A stretch of 63,878 bases of DNA, counting the filler, from Octopus bimaculoides (taxonomy: Eukaryota): assembly GCF_001194135.2 (NCBI RefSeq). It is 8 parts of 6 records of this genome, joined end to end, with 100 filler letters (N's around TTAATTAATTAA, not from the genome) between each part and the next. Parts side by side here need not be neighbours in the genome. Positions count along the whole stretch, not along the records: positions 50,056 to 56,780 come from NC_068984.1; positions 56,881 to 61,078 come from NC_068991.1; positions 61,179 to 63,878 come from NC_068986.1; 5 more parts are not named here. One strand, written 5' to 3'. Below are positions 51,978-63,878 of the stretch, in pieces; position 1 is the stretch's first letter; each line of letters begins with the position of its first letter. A model generated the notes under the pieces. That model saw only the letters and a list, made by a program, of their open reading frames with translations, did not search any database and was not told the origin of the DNA. A program made the position numbers and the translations under genes.

Positions 51978-52760
51978 CGCGCGCGCGCAAATATATATAT
52001 ATATATATATATATGCATACACACACACACATACATGCATACAAATGTATATGTAAGTACATTTTACTATATACATACATACTCATATAAGTACATATGA
52101 ATATATAAACACACACACACACACGTACCCCTATTTGTGTCCCTTACACACACGTATAAAAGCATCGTGGGATATATCTCTCAGTTGTTGCCTTCGTTGT
52201 ACTTGTTACTTTATTGATATTTGTTGGTTTTTGTTGTAACTTTCGTCCCCCACGGAGTTCTCTTCGTTTTGCTTTCTAGATTTCTTTTTCTTCTGCTAAA
52301 TATGTTTTGGATATTTTTGAAGTTTTCGCCAAACAGGCGCCTGGCTAACATGGAGAATAGCTGAGATATTTGTTGAACGTCTGCAACACACAAAGACCGA
52401 CAACTGCTGGTGACCTTTTCACTCATGCCACAAACAATTGTCCTCAAACTGCTCGCAAGATGTCCGCTTTCGTTCTCCGAGTTTATAGAAGTAAGCGACG
52501 AGTCTCAAACAAACTAGTCTTGCTGCTTGGTTCGTTTATCTAGAAAACGTACAACGGAAACTAACCCTGGTCCATACTACATTATACAATGTCTGAGATT
52601 GATTACAATACATTCACACACACACACATGCATACACACACACGGACATATTTATACACTTACACACACGTAAACCTATACACATCTACATTAAAACTAT
52701 TAAATATATGTAAATATTAATGAAAGCATTTTGTTGAAGATGTCGATGATTATGATAATA

Positions 52761-52815
<55 letters not shown>

Positions 52816-53490
52816 NNNNNNNNNNNNNNNNNNNNNNNNNNNNNGGAGGAGGAGGAGGAGGAGGTGGGGACGATGACGACGACGGCTGCGGCGACGGTGA
52901 CGACACAGACAATGATAACGATGCTGTTGCTGTTGTTGCTATTGGCTTCCACTCAATATATTGTTGTCTTTCCTCGATAAGCCCAACACCAATGAAAGAC
53001 ACGCGCGCGCGCAATGAAACCGGAATCAAGTTGCTGTGACATTTATGACTTGTAAATCATAATTATTTTATCACAACACACCATTGTCATCACACACGAG
53101 TCCCACGTACAGTTTTACCACAACACAGCAACACAACAAACAATTATCACAAAAGGCCCGATACCGCAGCACACAACCCATTACTGCACAAACACACATC
53201 TTTCTTTCTTACAACACATCATCAGTACAACACATTGATTGCTGTGAGAAATGGCTAAAAAGTGTACCGTGTGATTAATATTTCAAAGCCAGATAAGTGC
53301 AGCTATTCTTGGAGAATAAAACGGAAGATTAGTGAAGGTCAGTTTGTTGGAAGAAATCGAAGTTGTGGATTCATCTTTATCTTCGAAGGATCGACACGAC
53401 TCAAGAGTCCAAAATGTGTCGAAACAGTTGACTGTCTCGGGAATTTTATATAGGTAGGTAGGTAGGTAGGTAGGTAGGTAGGTAGGTAGG

Positions 53491-53538
<48 letters not shown>

Positions 53539-53582
53539 TAGACAGACAGACAGACAGACAGATAGATANNNNNNNNNNAGAC

Positions 53583-53637
<55 letters not shown>

Positions 53638-53807
53638 CAAACATATATATATATATGTATAGATTCATTTATTTATTCTTTCATTTATTTATTTACTTAT
53701 TTCAGTCATTTGACTGCGGCCATACTGGAGCACCGCAGCTGTATCTCGAAGCACATAAGGCTATAAACTATTGCATGTAAATATTGGATAGAAAAACTAG
53801 AAGGCTG

Positions 53808-53870
53808 CCTGTGGGATTTGAACCCAGATCCGTGTAGACATGACAAGCGTTCTACCACTGGACAAGAGCA
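53808..53870 (-). pseudogene. tRNA-like relic or SINE head
   Basis: Minus strand reads GCTCTTGTCCAGTGGTAGAACGCTTGTCATGTCTACACGGATCTGGGTTCAAATCCCACAGGCAGC. A and B boxes are recognisable, but the stems are imperfect. Confidence 0.45.
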
Positions 53871-53976
53871 ATTCTTCGAATTTCTCTACCTTCTCACCAG
53901 CGAGAATTGTATCTGTTAACGTCATCAGAATTTATATATACACACGCGTGCGCACACACGTACACATACATATATA

Positions 53977-55253
53977 CACAGACATGTAGGAAGTAAATAG
54001 ACACCTTTAATTTTCAAAATTTTTTATTTAATACGTAAAGCGAACAATTGAAATGTAATCGATAGGCAGGACTACATACTTTAGTATTTAGTTGACATTC
54101 CCTTTGCAGTTTTTAATTCAGAAACTCTTTTTGGCATTGAACTGATGAGCTTTGTGATTGTCTCTTGTGGAATTTTTGCCCACTTTTCACGCAACAATCG
54201 AAACAATTCATCTTTAGATTTAGGTTTCTGTCGAGTTTTTCGTATAGCTCTATCTGGTATGCTCCAAAGATTTTCAATTGGGTTCATGTCAGGAGATTGG
54301 CTCGGCCAAGGAAGCTTTTTGATCCCATTTTCAGTCAGCCATTGTTGATTCCTTTTCACTGTGTGGCATGGAACCCCATCTTCCATGAATAAAAACTCAT
54401 TTCACGTTATGTTATCGGGTGAATACATCGGAAGTAGTCCTTGCTTAAATATCTTGATGTATTTTTCAGAGTTTATGGTTCCAACACATTCGATTGACTC
54501 AGAACGACCATTGCTGGTGACAGCTCTCCATACCATTACAGCGATACTGCCATGTTTCACAGTTGGTTGGAGTTGTTTCAAATCAAATTCGTTATTGAGA
54601 AGCCTCCAGACCCAAACACGTCCACTGTCTGAAAATAATGCAAATCTGGATTCATCTGGGAAAATCACTCTATCCCAAAATGAACTGGATTTTTCTGACA
54701 TCTCCTTAGCCCATTTCTTTCTTTTCGTGACATTAATTGGTTGAAGGAGAGGTTTTCTTCTAGCTGCTCGTCCATAATACCCAAGCTTATGCAGATATGT
54801 AACACACATTCTTGGACTAACTTGTAGCTGTTTTGCCATTTCAGAAGCCTTCATACGGGGTTCGTTTTCCACAATTCTCTTCAAACAACGAAGCTTCCTT
54901 TTCAAGGGACCAGGTCAGCCGGGACGAGAATCTGTTGATCCTTTTCCTTGGCTTTTGAATTGCACTATAATTCTATTAACAGTAGCAAGAGGAATTTGAA
55001 AATTTTCGACAATTTTTCGCTGGCTAAGACCAGCCTCCGATTTCCCAACAATACGACCTCTTTGAAAATCTGACAGTTCTGCTGAATTTTTTGTGCCTGG
55101 CATGATTACTCTTCGCAAATGTTTAATATAATAGCACCTGGAATGAAAAAGAATAATTACATTGTAAATTCTACACCGCTGAAAACATATTAAGACGCTT
55201 AGATCAATAATTTTGAAAATTAAAGGTGTCTATTTACTTCCTGCATCTCTGTG
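53977..55253 (-). mobile_element. Full-length Tc1 (DD34E) element with TIRs, TA TSD and a two-frameshift transposase
   Basis: TIRs CACAGACATGTAGGAAGTAAATAGACACCTTTAATTTTCAAAA and its reverse complement, flanked by TA. ORF pieces from 55103 (MPGTKNSAELSDFQRGRIVG) through VIFPDES, EDGVPCH and WPSQSPDMNPIENLW to the stop at 54081. Confidence 0.95.
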
Positions 55254-55618
55254 TATAGATACATATATTTACATTTATTCAATATTATCTGCGTAACAGC
55301 CTCATAATGAGCATTTCAAAGCTCCGATACTGTTATCGGCTACCATATGCCATTATACAGCAAGGTTATTCCTTGAGCTGCATAAATATGTGGAACTTAT
55401 TTATATAAAGAATTTATACAACAAGAAGGTGGAATAAACAGGCTTTAATTACCAATTACAATATTTGATTCTGTGCAGTGACAGCAGCTGCAAGTTGCTG
55501 AGCTTTCAGTCTCATTCCATTTGATAAAATTATTCTATAAATAATTACGTAAATGAATATGAAACAACAGCAGTTGTGTGCCAGCACTTCATCAGGTAAA
55601 TTGCTTTCAAAAAAATTC

Positions 55619-55667
<49 letters not shown>

Positions 55668-56880
55668 NNNNNNNNNNNNNNNNNNNNNNNNNNNNNNNNN
55701 NNNNNNNNNNNNNNNNNNNNNNNNNNNNNNNNNNNNNNNNNNNNNNNNNNNNNNNNNNNNNNNNNNNNNNNNNNNNNNNNNNNNNNNNNNNNNNNNNNNN
55801 NNNNNNNNNNNNNNNNNNNNNNNNNGATAAGGTGGTGTGCTGGCAGAAACGTTAGCACGAGGTCGACTTTGCTTTTCATCCTTTCGGGGTCGATAAATTA
55901 AGTACCAGTTACGCACTGAGGTCCATGTAATGAACTTAATCCCTTTGTCTGTCCTTGTTTGTCCCCTCTATGTTTAGCCCTTTTTGGGCAATAAAGAAAT
56001 AGGTATTTCGTCTGTCTTTACGTTCAGTGTTCCGCCGAGGTATTTTGCTTTCATCGTTTCGGGGTCGATAAATTAAGTACCAGTTGCGTACTGATGTCGA
56101 TCTAATCGACTGGCCCCCTCCCCCAAAATTTCGGGCCTTGCACCAAGAGTTGAAAAGAATATGGGAAATAATGTAGTTTGGGCAGGTTTTGGAATAGTAA
56201 AAGAATTCAATGGAAAATTGATTAGTGTGTAAATGAGTGAACTTGGCACCAGTCACAGAGGGTGGAATTATGGCTGGTGGGTGTGAATGTAAAAGTAGAA
56301 ATAGCCGAAGGAATATAAAGAAATGAAATAACATTTATAAAGGAATAAAAGGGATAAAAATGGAAAAGAAGAAAAAAAGGTGAGGTGGGGAAAGAAATTT
56401 TAGCAGCAGGAATACTGAAATAGAGGAATGGTGGGAAATTTAATGGTAGGTTACGAGTGGGTGGTGGCAATTGTAATAATAGGGGGAGGGGAGGACTGTA
56501 CAGATAATATCAAATGGAATTATAAAGTAGAATAAAAAAGATAAACAAATGGAAGAAAATGCAAAATAAAGAATTGGGAATTTTGGTAAAGAATATTAAA
56601 AGAAATGATGAAGAATATTATGAAGAATCGTTTGTCGTTTGGCATTTACTTGTTTCAGTCTGCGACTGCGACCATGCTGGAGCATCGCGTCTTGAAGGAT
56701 TTTTAGTCGAACTACTAAGCTTTTCGCCCGGCGTTACTAACGTTTCTGCCAGCTCGCCGCCTTAATACATGTATATATATNNNNNNNNNNNNNNNNNNNN
56801 NNNNNNNNNNNNNNNNNNNNNNNNTTAATTAATTAANNNNNNNNNNNNNNNNNNNNNNNNNNNNNNNNNNNNNNNNNNNN

Positions 56881-57298
56881 AAAGGCTTTTTTATAATCAA
56901 TCCATGAAGAGCTGAGATTTCTGCGCTTGTTATGGCAGTTCTCAAGGATCGTGCGATTAATTAAGAGCTGATCTTTGCATCCGTATGAGCCTCGTCTGCA
57001 TCCTTTTTGTTCAGTGGGAAAGAGGTTATTCTCTTCCATAAACGAATATGTTTTCTCCACTAGAATAGATGTCAAAATCTTATAGGTAGTAAACAAACAT
57101 GTTATAGGCCGGTAGTTTTTTGGATCTTTGGTTTCGTTATTTTTCGGGAGGAGGTAAGTAATATCATTTGCCATCCAATGGGGAGTTTTTTCTGGGTCTT
57201 TCATAATACTATTAAACAGTATTACTAACATTTTGTGTGCGGACGGGAGTGATGAGAGCCAGAAATTTGGTACTCTATCAGTACCAGGGGATTTCCAC
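56881..57298 (-). mobile_element. Dong/R4-clade (RLE) LINE reverse transcriptase fragment
   Basis: Reads KWKSPGTDRVPNFWL..PKNYRPITCL..YKILTSIL..EQKGCRRGSYGCKDQLLIN..WIDYKKAF. The 5' truncation abuts a (TAA)n array. Confidence 0.85.
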
Positions 57299-57299
<1 letters not shown>

Positions 57300-57365
<66 letters not shown>

Positions 57366-57420
57366 CATTATAGTTGTTGTTGTTGTTATTATTATTATCA
57401 TTACCATTATTATTATTATT
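57300..57420. repeat. (ATT)n/(GTT)n microsatellite
   Basis: Direct reading. Confidence 0.95.
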
Positions 57421-58499
57421 ACAAATGATAAACAGTCCATTGGCATGAGTTTTATTTGCAGCACATGATGTCTGGATGTCTGCTTTGGCTCGCGTATTGA
57501 GTTCATCACTCGATGTCGCTTTGTTTCAGGTGTGCGCTGAATATTTTTTTTTATGTTGTAAGAACACTTTGTTCATTAAGCTGCAAAAGTGGCACTGTAT
57601 CTGGTGATTTAAGCATTACTCTAGCATTTGTTTATTAACGTCGTAAATATTTCGCATACCAAGGTGAAATATCTACGATGAGGACAATCGAGTGACATTC
57701 TTTTGTCTTCGCAGTATTTTTTCTCTTCTATGTACAAAATGTTGCGACAAAACTAGTTTTCAGTCAGTAAATCCGTAACCCAATCGTTTTCATTTGTTTC
57801 CTATAGGAATGAAAGTATATATTTTACAGGACCTTGATATGGCCTTGGAGTTACCGTAAGATGCACAATCACGGGTCTTACAGAGTTCAGTTGCATTACC
57901 TTCAAACGATAGCGTTAACAGATCTTTAATTACTGGAAAACCTGGTACCCATGATTTTTCTTTTACAGTGTAGCTTCTTGCCAGCATGTACTTCGGAAGT
58001 AGGCCTGTTTAGTCTATATACAGAAACAGAATAATTGATAATATAACTACTTAGTCTATTTTCCCCCTTTTTTTATTCTCAGAATAATTTTGCTACTCAA
58101 CACTCGCAGCTTTTTGCACTTTTACACTATGCCAGCTTAGTTCATATTATCCTTCATATTTATAAAATCAGTCATTCTTTGCAGTAAATGCTGAAACGTC
58201 GCCTTCTTTCTTATCTGTAAGCGTCTTAAAACTAGATAAGACTTCGACATGAGTAACAACTTGCATGATTTATCATTGCGCTTGATCAGTCATCCATGTT
58301 GATAAATACCTTTCCATGCATGGATTAGGGCTGACCACTTCTTTATTACTTACTTTCGTAGAATACAAGATATACGTATTAAATGCGTATATTTTTGTTT
58401 ATCCATCAAAATCCCAAATTGATCTCGCCAAAAAATGCTGAAACTAAATGTTGAAATCAAATTGGTTTTATATTTGGCTTTATATTTGGTTTCTAAAGC

Positions 58500-59500
58500 T
58501 ATTGATGTCTGATTATTTACATTATAAATAGTGGAGTTTGACAGGAAACTATATATGCAGGTTCAAGGTGCAGCCATTGGTGTCGGTATGGCTGTAGATG
58601 TGGCCGGCCTCTTCATGGCCTGGTGGGACAGAAAACTTGAACAATCCCTAGCTGAACAATCCACAACTGTATTGTTTTACTGTAGTATGTAGATGACATC
58701 AATATTCTCGTCAGGACAAACCTTAGTAAATGTCGTGTAGAAACCGAGAGGAGCATAATGGAAAGCATCCAGCACGTAACTAACTCCATCCACCAAAGAA
58801 TCAAGATAACTATAGATTACTCCACTAGGCACCCTAACGATAGACTCCCTGCCCTTGACACTGAAGTTGGGTTAGAGACTATAAACAATAGAGTTCAACA
58901 CCTCCACTCTTATTACATGAAGCACATAGCTTCTAATTATGTTGTTCACTAGAATTCAGCTTTGTCACACAATATGAAAATCAACATACTGATAGCAGAC
59001 TTATTTAGGATAATGAATAACGTATCCCCCTTATGCGAACCCTACGAAACAAGTAAACCTGCAGAACTTCATGCACTACATGCAATCTGGATATGACCAG
59101 AAAGATAGGATTCGTGTATACAGGGGAGCTAGAAAGAATTATATGTAGTATATGTAGTGAAGCCAGTGGTACCCACTCTAGATACAGCGGTAAATACTGG
59201 TATAATATACAGAGAGTTTGTGGCAAAGCAAAGTAAACACATGGTACAGGGCTGACAAATATCAAGGACTGATATTTGTAGAAGCCACACCCCATGGGGA
59301 GCTAGCCCGTAGATTTAGGAAAGCTCTGAAGGAGACCAAACTCAACATTAAGATCGTTGAAAAACCAGGGAGATCCATCAGATCGCATTTATGTAGGACG
59401 TACCCATTCGAAAATGCCACATGCATTAATAAAAACTGGGTGGTATGTAAGATTAACCTTGGCATTAACTGTAGAACTAAAAATGTAGTCTACAGCACAT
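58500..59500 (+). mobile_element. Degenerate Penelope-like element (RT C-terminus, thumb, linker to GIY-YIG)
   Basis: Reads LYMQVQGAAIGVGMA, (Y)VDDINIL, LPALD, YYMKHIASN..NSAL, and FVEATPHGELARRF..IKIVEKPG..PF..C..C..NCRTKNVVY. Broken by frameshifts and stops. Confidence 0.85.
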
Positions 59501-60069
59501 ACCCGTCAACCTGGCCATCTACTGTGAAATATATATATATAAAATTTAAATAAGAGCTTTGGCACTAAATCCATATATATTAAAGTTTATTACCTATGTA
59601 TACATTTCTGTATAAGGTCAAATTCAACTCTTAATTCAAGTTAAATAAGTAAATTACCTTACACATCCTCAGGGTAAAAAGCAAACACCAAAAAAGATTT
59701 ATAATCTCTAAAGCTGATCCATATTCAAAACTCCTCCTCAGTTGTTTACTGTGATATTAATCCTTGTTTCGCACTTTTAACGACAAGATAGGAAGACTTC
59801 ATAAGACAGCAGCATCCAGAATTTTCAGAAATATATAATTTGTGGAGAGTTAGGGCTTCGAACGAACAAACGACACAAGAGTGGACATATGGAAGTAAAC
59901 AATCGACGACTGCTGTCTTGTTAAAAGCACGAAACAGGGAATAATATCACAATCAACAACTGAGGAGCGATTAGACATCTTTTGGTATTTTGTCCCGTAC
60001 TTATCTCTCGTTGTATATTTATGTATTTTTCATCCGTCGGTGATGTCCTGTCCTTAATGTGTATTTATC

Positions 60070-61078
60070 ATTTATCATCCCATAAGTGTATTTTTCATTT
60101 ATCATCCCATAAGTTCTGTCCGATTTTACCTTTCTTAAAATTGAAAGAAATTTAATAGTATTTTAGAATGTCTAATGGAATTAGAAATTATTTTTATGCA
60201 TTTGTGTACATTTAAACTAATTAAATATTGTTTTACTGAATAATAGAATTAAAATTTCTTTTATTAAGACCCTTTCTAACATGGAAGAGCATTTAAGGCA
60301 CACAATGCTTTATGAGTACAAAAAAAAAGAAACTCTGCAGCCGAAGCGACTCGAAACATACACTCAGTTTTATGGGAAAGAATGCTTGAATGAAAGAACT
60401 TGCAGAAGATAGTTTGCAAAATTCAGAAGTGGAGATTTCAGCCTTGAAGAAGAAGATCGAACAGGACGTCCGGTTGAGCATGATGATAAGCTCCTTGAGG
60501 AATTACATAAAGAAAATCCTGCATTATCAGTAAAAGAGTTGGCAATAAAGCTTAGTTCAAACCATACAACTGTTCATTGTTATCTTCAACAACTTGGAAA
60601 GGTTCCTAAACTTGGAAAATGGGTGCCTCATGAATTGTCCGAAAGTAACTGCAAATCCTGAGTTGACATCTGCTCTTCTTTCCATTCTCGCAAACTCATT
60701 TCACCCTTTTTGGATAGACTTGTGAGTGGTGACGAAAAATGGATCTTCTATCGAAATGTTAAACGTCGTAAACGGTGACTTGGTAAAAAGGAAAAGGCCC
60801 AACCACAACCGAGAAGGGAACTTCATGGGAAAAAGGTTCTTTTCTCTATCTGGTGGGATTGCAAAGGAGTAATTCACTTTGAATTGTTATCACCTAATGC
60901 AACAATCAATGCTCAAGTCTACTGTCAGCAATTAGAGCGTTTGAACTAAGCTTTAAAGAAAAAAAGGCCCGCTTTAGTGAATCGAAAAAGAGTGATGTTT
61001 CATCAGGACAATGCGCGACCCCACACTGCAAAATCACATCACAGAAGATCGAAGAGCTTGGTTGGGGAAAAATTCCTC
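60070..61078 (+). mobile_element. Degenerate mariner (DD34D) element, 3' end lost in a gap
   Basis: Reads MEEHLRHTMLYEY..FRSGDFSLEEEDRTGRP..WVPHEL..LVSGDEKWIFY..WWDCKGVIHFELL..FHQDNARPH, with stops and frameshifts. Confidence 0.92.
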
Positions 61079-61178
61079 NNNNNNNNNNNNNNNNNNNNNN
61101 NNNNNNNNNNNNNNNNNNNNNNTTAATTAATTAANNNNNNNNNNNNNNNNNNNNNNNNNNNNNNNNNNNNNNNNNNNN

Positions 61179-61243
<65 letters not shown>

Positions 61244-61519
61244 ATGTGTGTGTGAATTTGTGTATGTATTTGCCTTTCCACCACCACCACCACCATCACT
61301 TGTCAACTGGTTTTGTGTGTTTACGTCCGCTTAACATAGCGCGTCGACAACAGACCCCGAAAAAATAAGTATCAGGTTTAAAAACAAAAGTACAAGGACC
61401 GATACGGTTGATTAAAAAAGCATGGTGGTAATCGAATGACTAAAATAAATAAAGGATAAAAAGTACATATGTATATGTATATATGTATATATATACATAT
61501 ATATATGCATACATATACT

Positions 61520-61605
61520 TTATATATATAGTAATAATAATAATATAAATAATATATATATATTTATATATATATAGTAATAATAATAATAATATAAATA
61601 ATATA

Positions 61606-61663
<58 letters not shown>

Positions 61664-61683
61664 TAAATAATATATATATACAT

Positions 61684-61738
<55 letters not shown>

Positions 61739-61770
61739 TAAATAATATAAATGATATATATATATATGCA
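61520..61770. repeat. Compound (AAT)n/(AT)n microsatellite
   Basis: Direct reading. Confidence 0.95.
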
Positions 61771-61896
61771 TATATATGTATATGGGTACAGAACGTAAAA
61801 AAAAACGTGAACAAAATGAGAAACGAGAACATAAAAAACAAAAACATGGAAAACGAACTTTTGTGTGTGTNNNNNNNNNNAAACATGGAAAACGAA

Positions 61897-61940
<44 letters not shown>

Positions 61941-62339
61941 TGTGTGTGTACAGAGGTAAAGCGTAATAAAAACGGCTGAAAATACGTCGGCTGAGAAAGA
62001 TGAGGAAGTAAGGAGGTGGGATATTGGATCAAGTGAGAGAAAGAGTGAAGAATGAGGTAAACAAGGAGAAAAGGAGAGAAGGAAAAGAGTGAGAGAGAGA
62101 GAGAATGAATGAGAGAGAGAGTGAATGAAAGAGCGAGTGAATGAAAGAGAGAGTGAATGAGAGAGAAATTGGGGAGAATAACAAACGAGGAAAGGTTAAG
62201 AAAGAAGCAAATGAAAAATTAATGATCAAAGACAGATTATACATAATAGAATGGGAAACTGAGAAGGCAGACAGGTTGAGAAGATATAGAAAGGTAAGGA
62301 ATACAAAGGAGAAACTAAATTATATGTAGCGATTAAAAG

Positions 62340-62480
62340 AAGGAATAGATTGCAATCCACTCGCAAGGTTTTGGTCGGCCCGAGGCTATAGCAGAAGACA
62401 CTTACCCAAGGTGCCACACAGTGTGACCGAACCCGGAACCATGTGGTTGGGAAACAAGCTTCTTACCATACCGCCACTTC
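62340..62480 (-). mobile_element. tRNA-derived SINE (dominant family), CpG-intact copy
   Basis: Contains TTGGTCGGCCCGAGGCTATAG and GAACCCGGAACCATGTGG. Another copy lies at about 63705-63838 (+). Confidence 0.8.
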
Positions 62481-63836
62481 TGCTATATGTCAGTTAGTGT
62501 GTTGAGTAAAGCAAATTCACAGTTTGGGCTACCTGGTGTCATCCACGGTTGTGGTATATTTTACCACTGGATCTACTTCAGGAATTCCGCAGTGTTAGTT
62601 GAGATAATAGTAATTGATGAGGGAGATGGAAGATAGATTTGGTACTAGTCTTTATTCAGTACGACGATCGTTTCGACTGATGCTACAACTGTCCGATATG
62701 CCCCTTGACCTTAATTTAATAACTTTTTAACAGTTTTACTGTCTTTCTTCTATGATTCTGCATCTTTAATTTACGCTATGTGTGTGTAGGTGTGCATTTG
62801 TGGTTGTGGTTGTGAGTAGCTGTGTAGGTACATGTTTGTGTATCTGCACGCCTGTCTGAGCGTGTGTTCAGGACCGGGAGTGCACACCTCGCCGCGTTAA
62901 CCTGAATCTAATCATTTATAGATAGGCTGTACACTCTATATTTTATCACTTTAACCTTTGCGTTATATATACCCAACTGTAGCTGATCATAACCAAGATA
63001 CAGCAGGCTCGAACAACAAACCTAGGACACCTCAATATATCTAGTGGGACATCTTCTTTATGCATGTGCCTGATGTGACACAAAATGAATTGATTGACTT
63101 ATTTGGTGCACAAAACCCCACCCATAACGAACAGTTGCCGGATGTGTCGAAATGATTGTTGTATTGAATAAAGTCTAGTACCTAACCTACTGCCCCCTTC
63201 ATTTGTATGTTTTAACAAGTATGAGTAAATGTATGTATGTATGTATGTATGTATGTATGTATGTATGTATGTATGTATGTGCATTTGTGTATATATATAT
63301 GCATGTATCAATTTTTAACCTGACAATGAAGAACGCAATCATTGTTTTTGTTTTTAAAAACGCAAAAGAAAATTTGTTACAAGTCTTCTCATCCCTCTTC
63401 AAGCAGATTGGATTCTCAAAACAAAAATAGAAATATGGTCTATAAAATCCAATGGTAAATCTGTAGTCATGCAATTCTTTTATGTACATGGTAATATTAG
63501 TTTAAATTTCAGTTGCCAGGTTTGTTTAAGTGATGAATTAGTGATATTATTTCACGATAATAGATTAAAGAACGTTTATAAATGTTAATGACAAGATATA
63601 TACTTTGAAGATCTCGTTTTGTAATTATGTACATTGTAATGGGTGATTCAAGCAGCGATATTCTTTCAAATGGTTTGTAGAATTTTCTTTTGAAACCTAG
63701 AAATGGCGCAGGCGTGGTTGTGTAATAAAAAGTTTAATTCCCAACCACATATTTCTGGGTTCAGATCCATTGCGTGGTGCTTTGGCCAAGTGTCTTTTGA
63801 GTGGATTTGGGTGACGGAAACTGGAAGAAATCCGTC

Positions 63837-63878
<42 letters not shown>

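Noticed and set aside
57829-57860. AG|GACCTTGATATGGCCTTGGAGTTACC|GTAAGA as a micro-exon
   Set aside because: Splice-like motifs are common by chance, and the peptide does not match UGDH.
62650-62700. GTC-GAAAC-GATC-GTC-GTACTG-AATAAAG on the minus strand
   Set aside because: Only the 3' half of a hammerhead is present. The 5' core is missing.

Overview
Repeat-rich, gappy eukaryotic genomic DNA. The microsatellites, tRNA-derived SINEs and (GAT)n-tailed RTE LINEs suggest an octopod cephalopod, probably Octopus; this is an inference. Seven 100-bp synthetic spacers (44 N + TTAATTAATTAA + 44 N) split the window into eight segments. The only host protein-coding gene I can support is UDP-glucose 6-dehydrogenase (UGDH, + strand), with two coding exons at 26122-26280 and 32494-32631 covering about the first 99 aa. 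I could not find its remaining exons. There is one intact tRNA-Glu(CTC) gene (36830-36901, -) and a CpG-decayed 28S rRNA fragment of about 420 bp (23430-23850, +). The rest is mostly transposon relics: Tc1, mariner, maT-like, hAT, RTE, CR1, Dong/R4, Penelope-like, a probable solo LTR, MITEs, a HINE and SINEs. The most interesting signal is a recurring class of fold-back insertions whose arms carry type I hammerhead ribozyme (HHR) motifs. One is a head-to-head pair of a tRNA-headed SINE with an HHR tail (50.5-50.9 kb). Another is a 700-bp palindromic element with a 15-bp flanking direct repeat (2.2-2.9 kb). Tails of the same SINE family also bracket an inverted piece of an RTE LINE at 42.8-43.1 kb. 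All coordinates and similarities were read by eye; no database searches were run.
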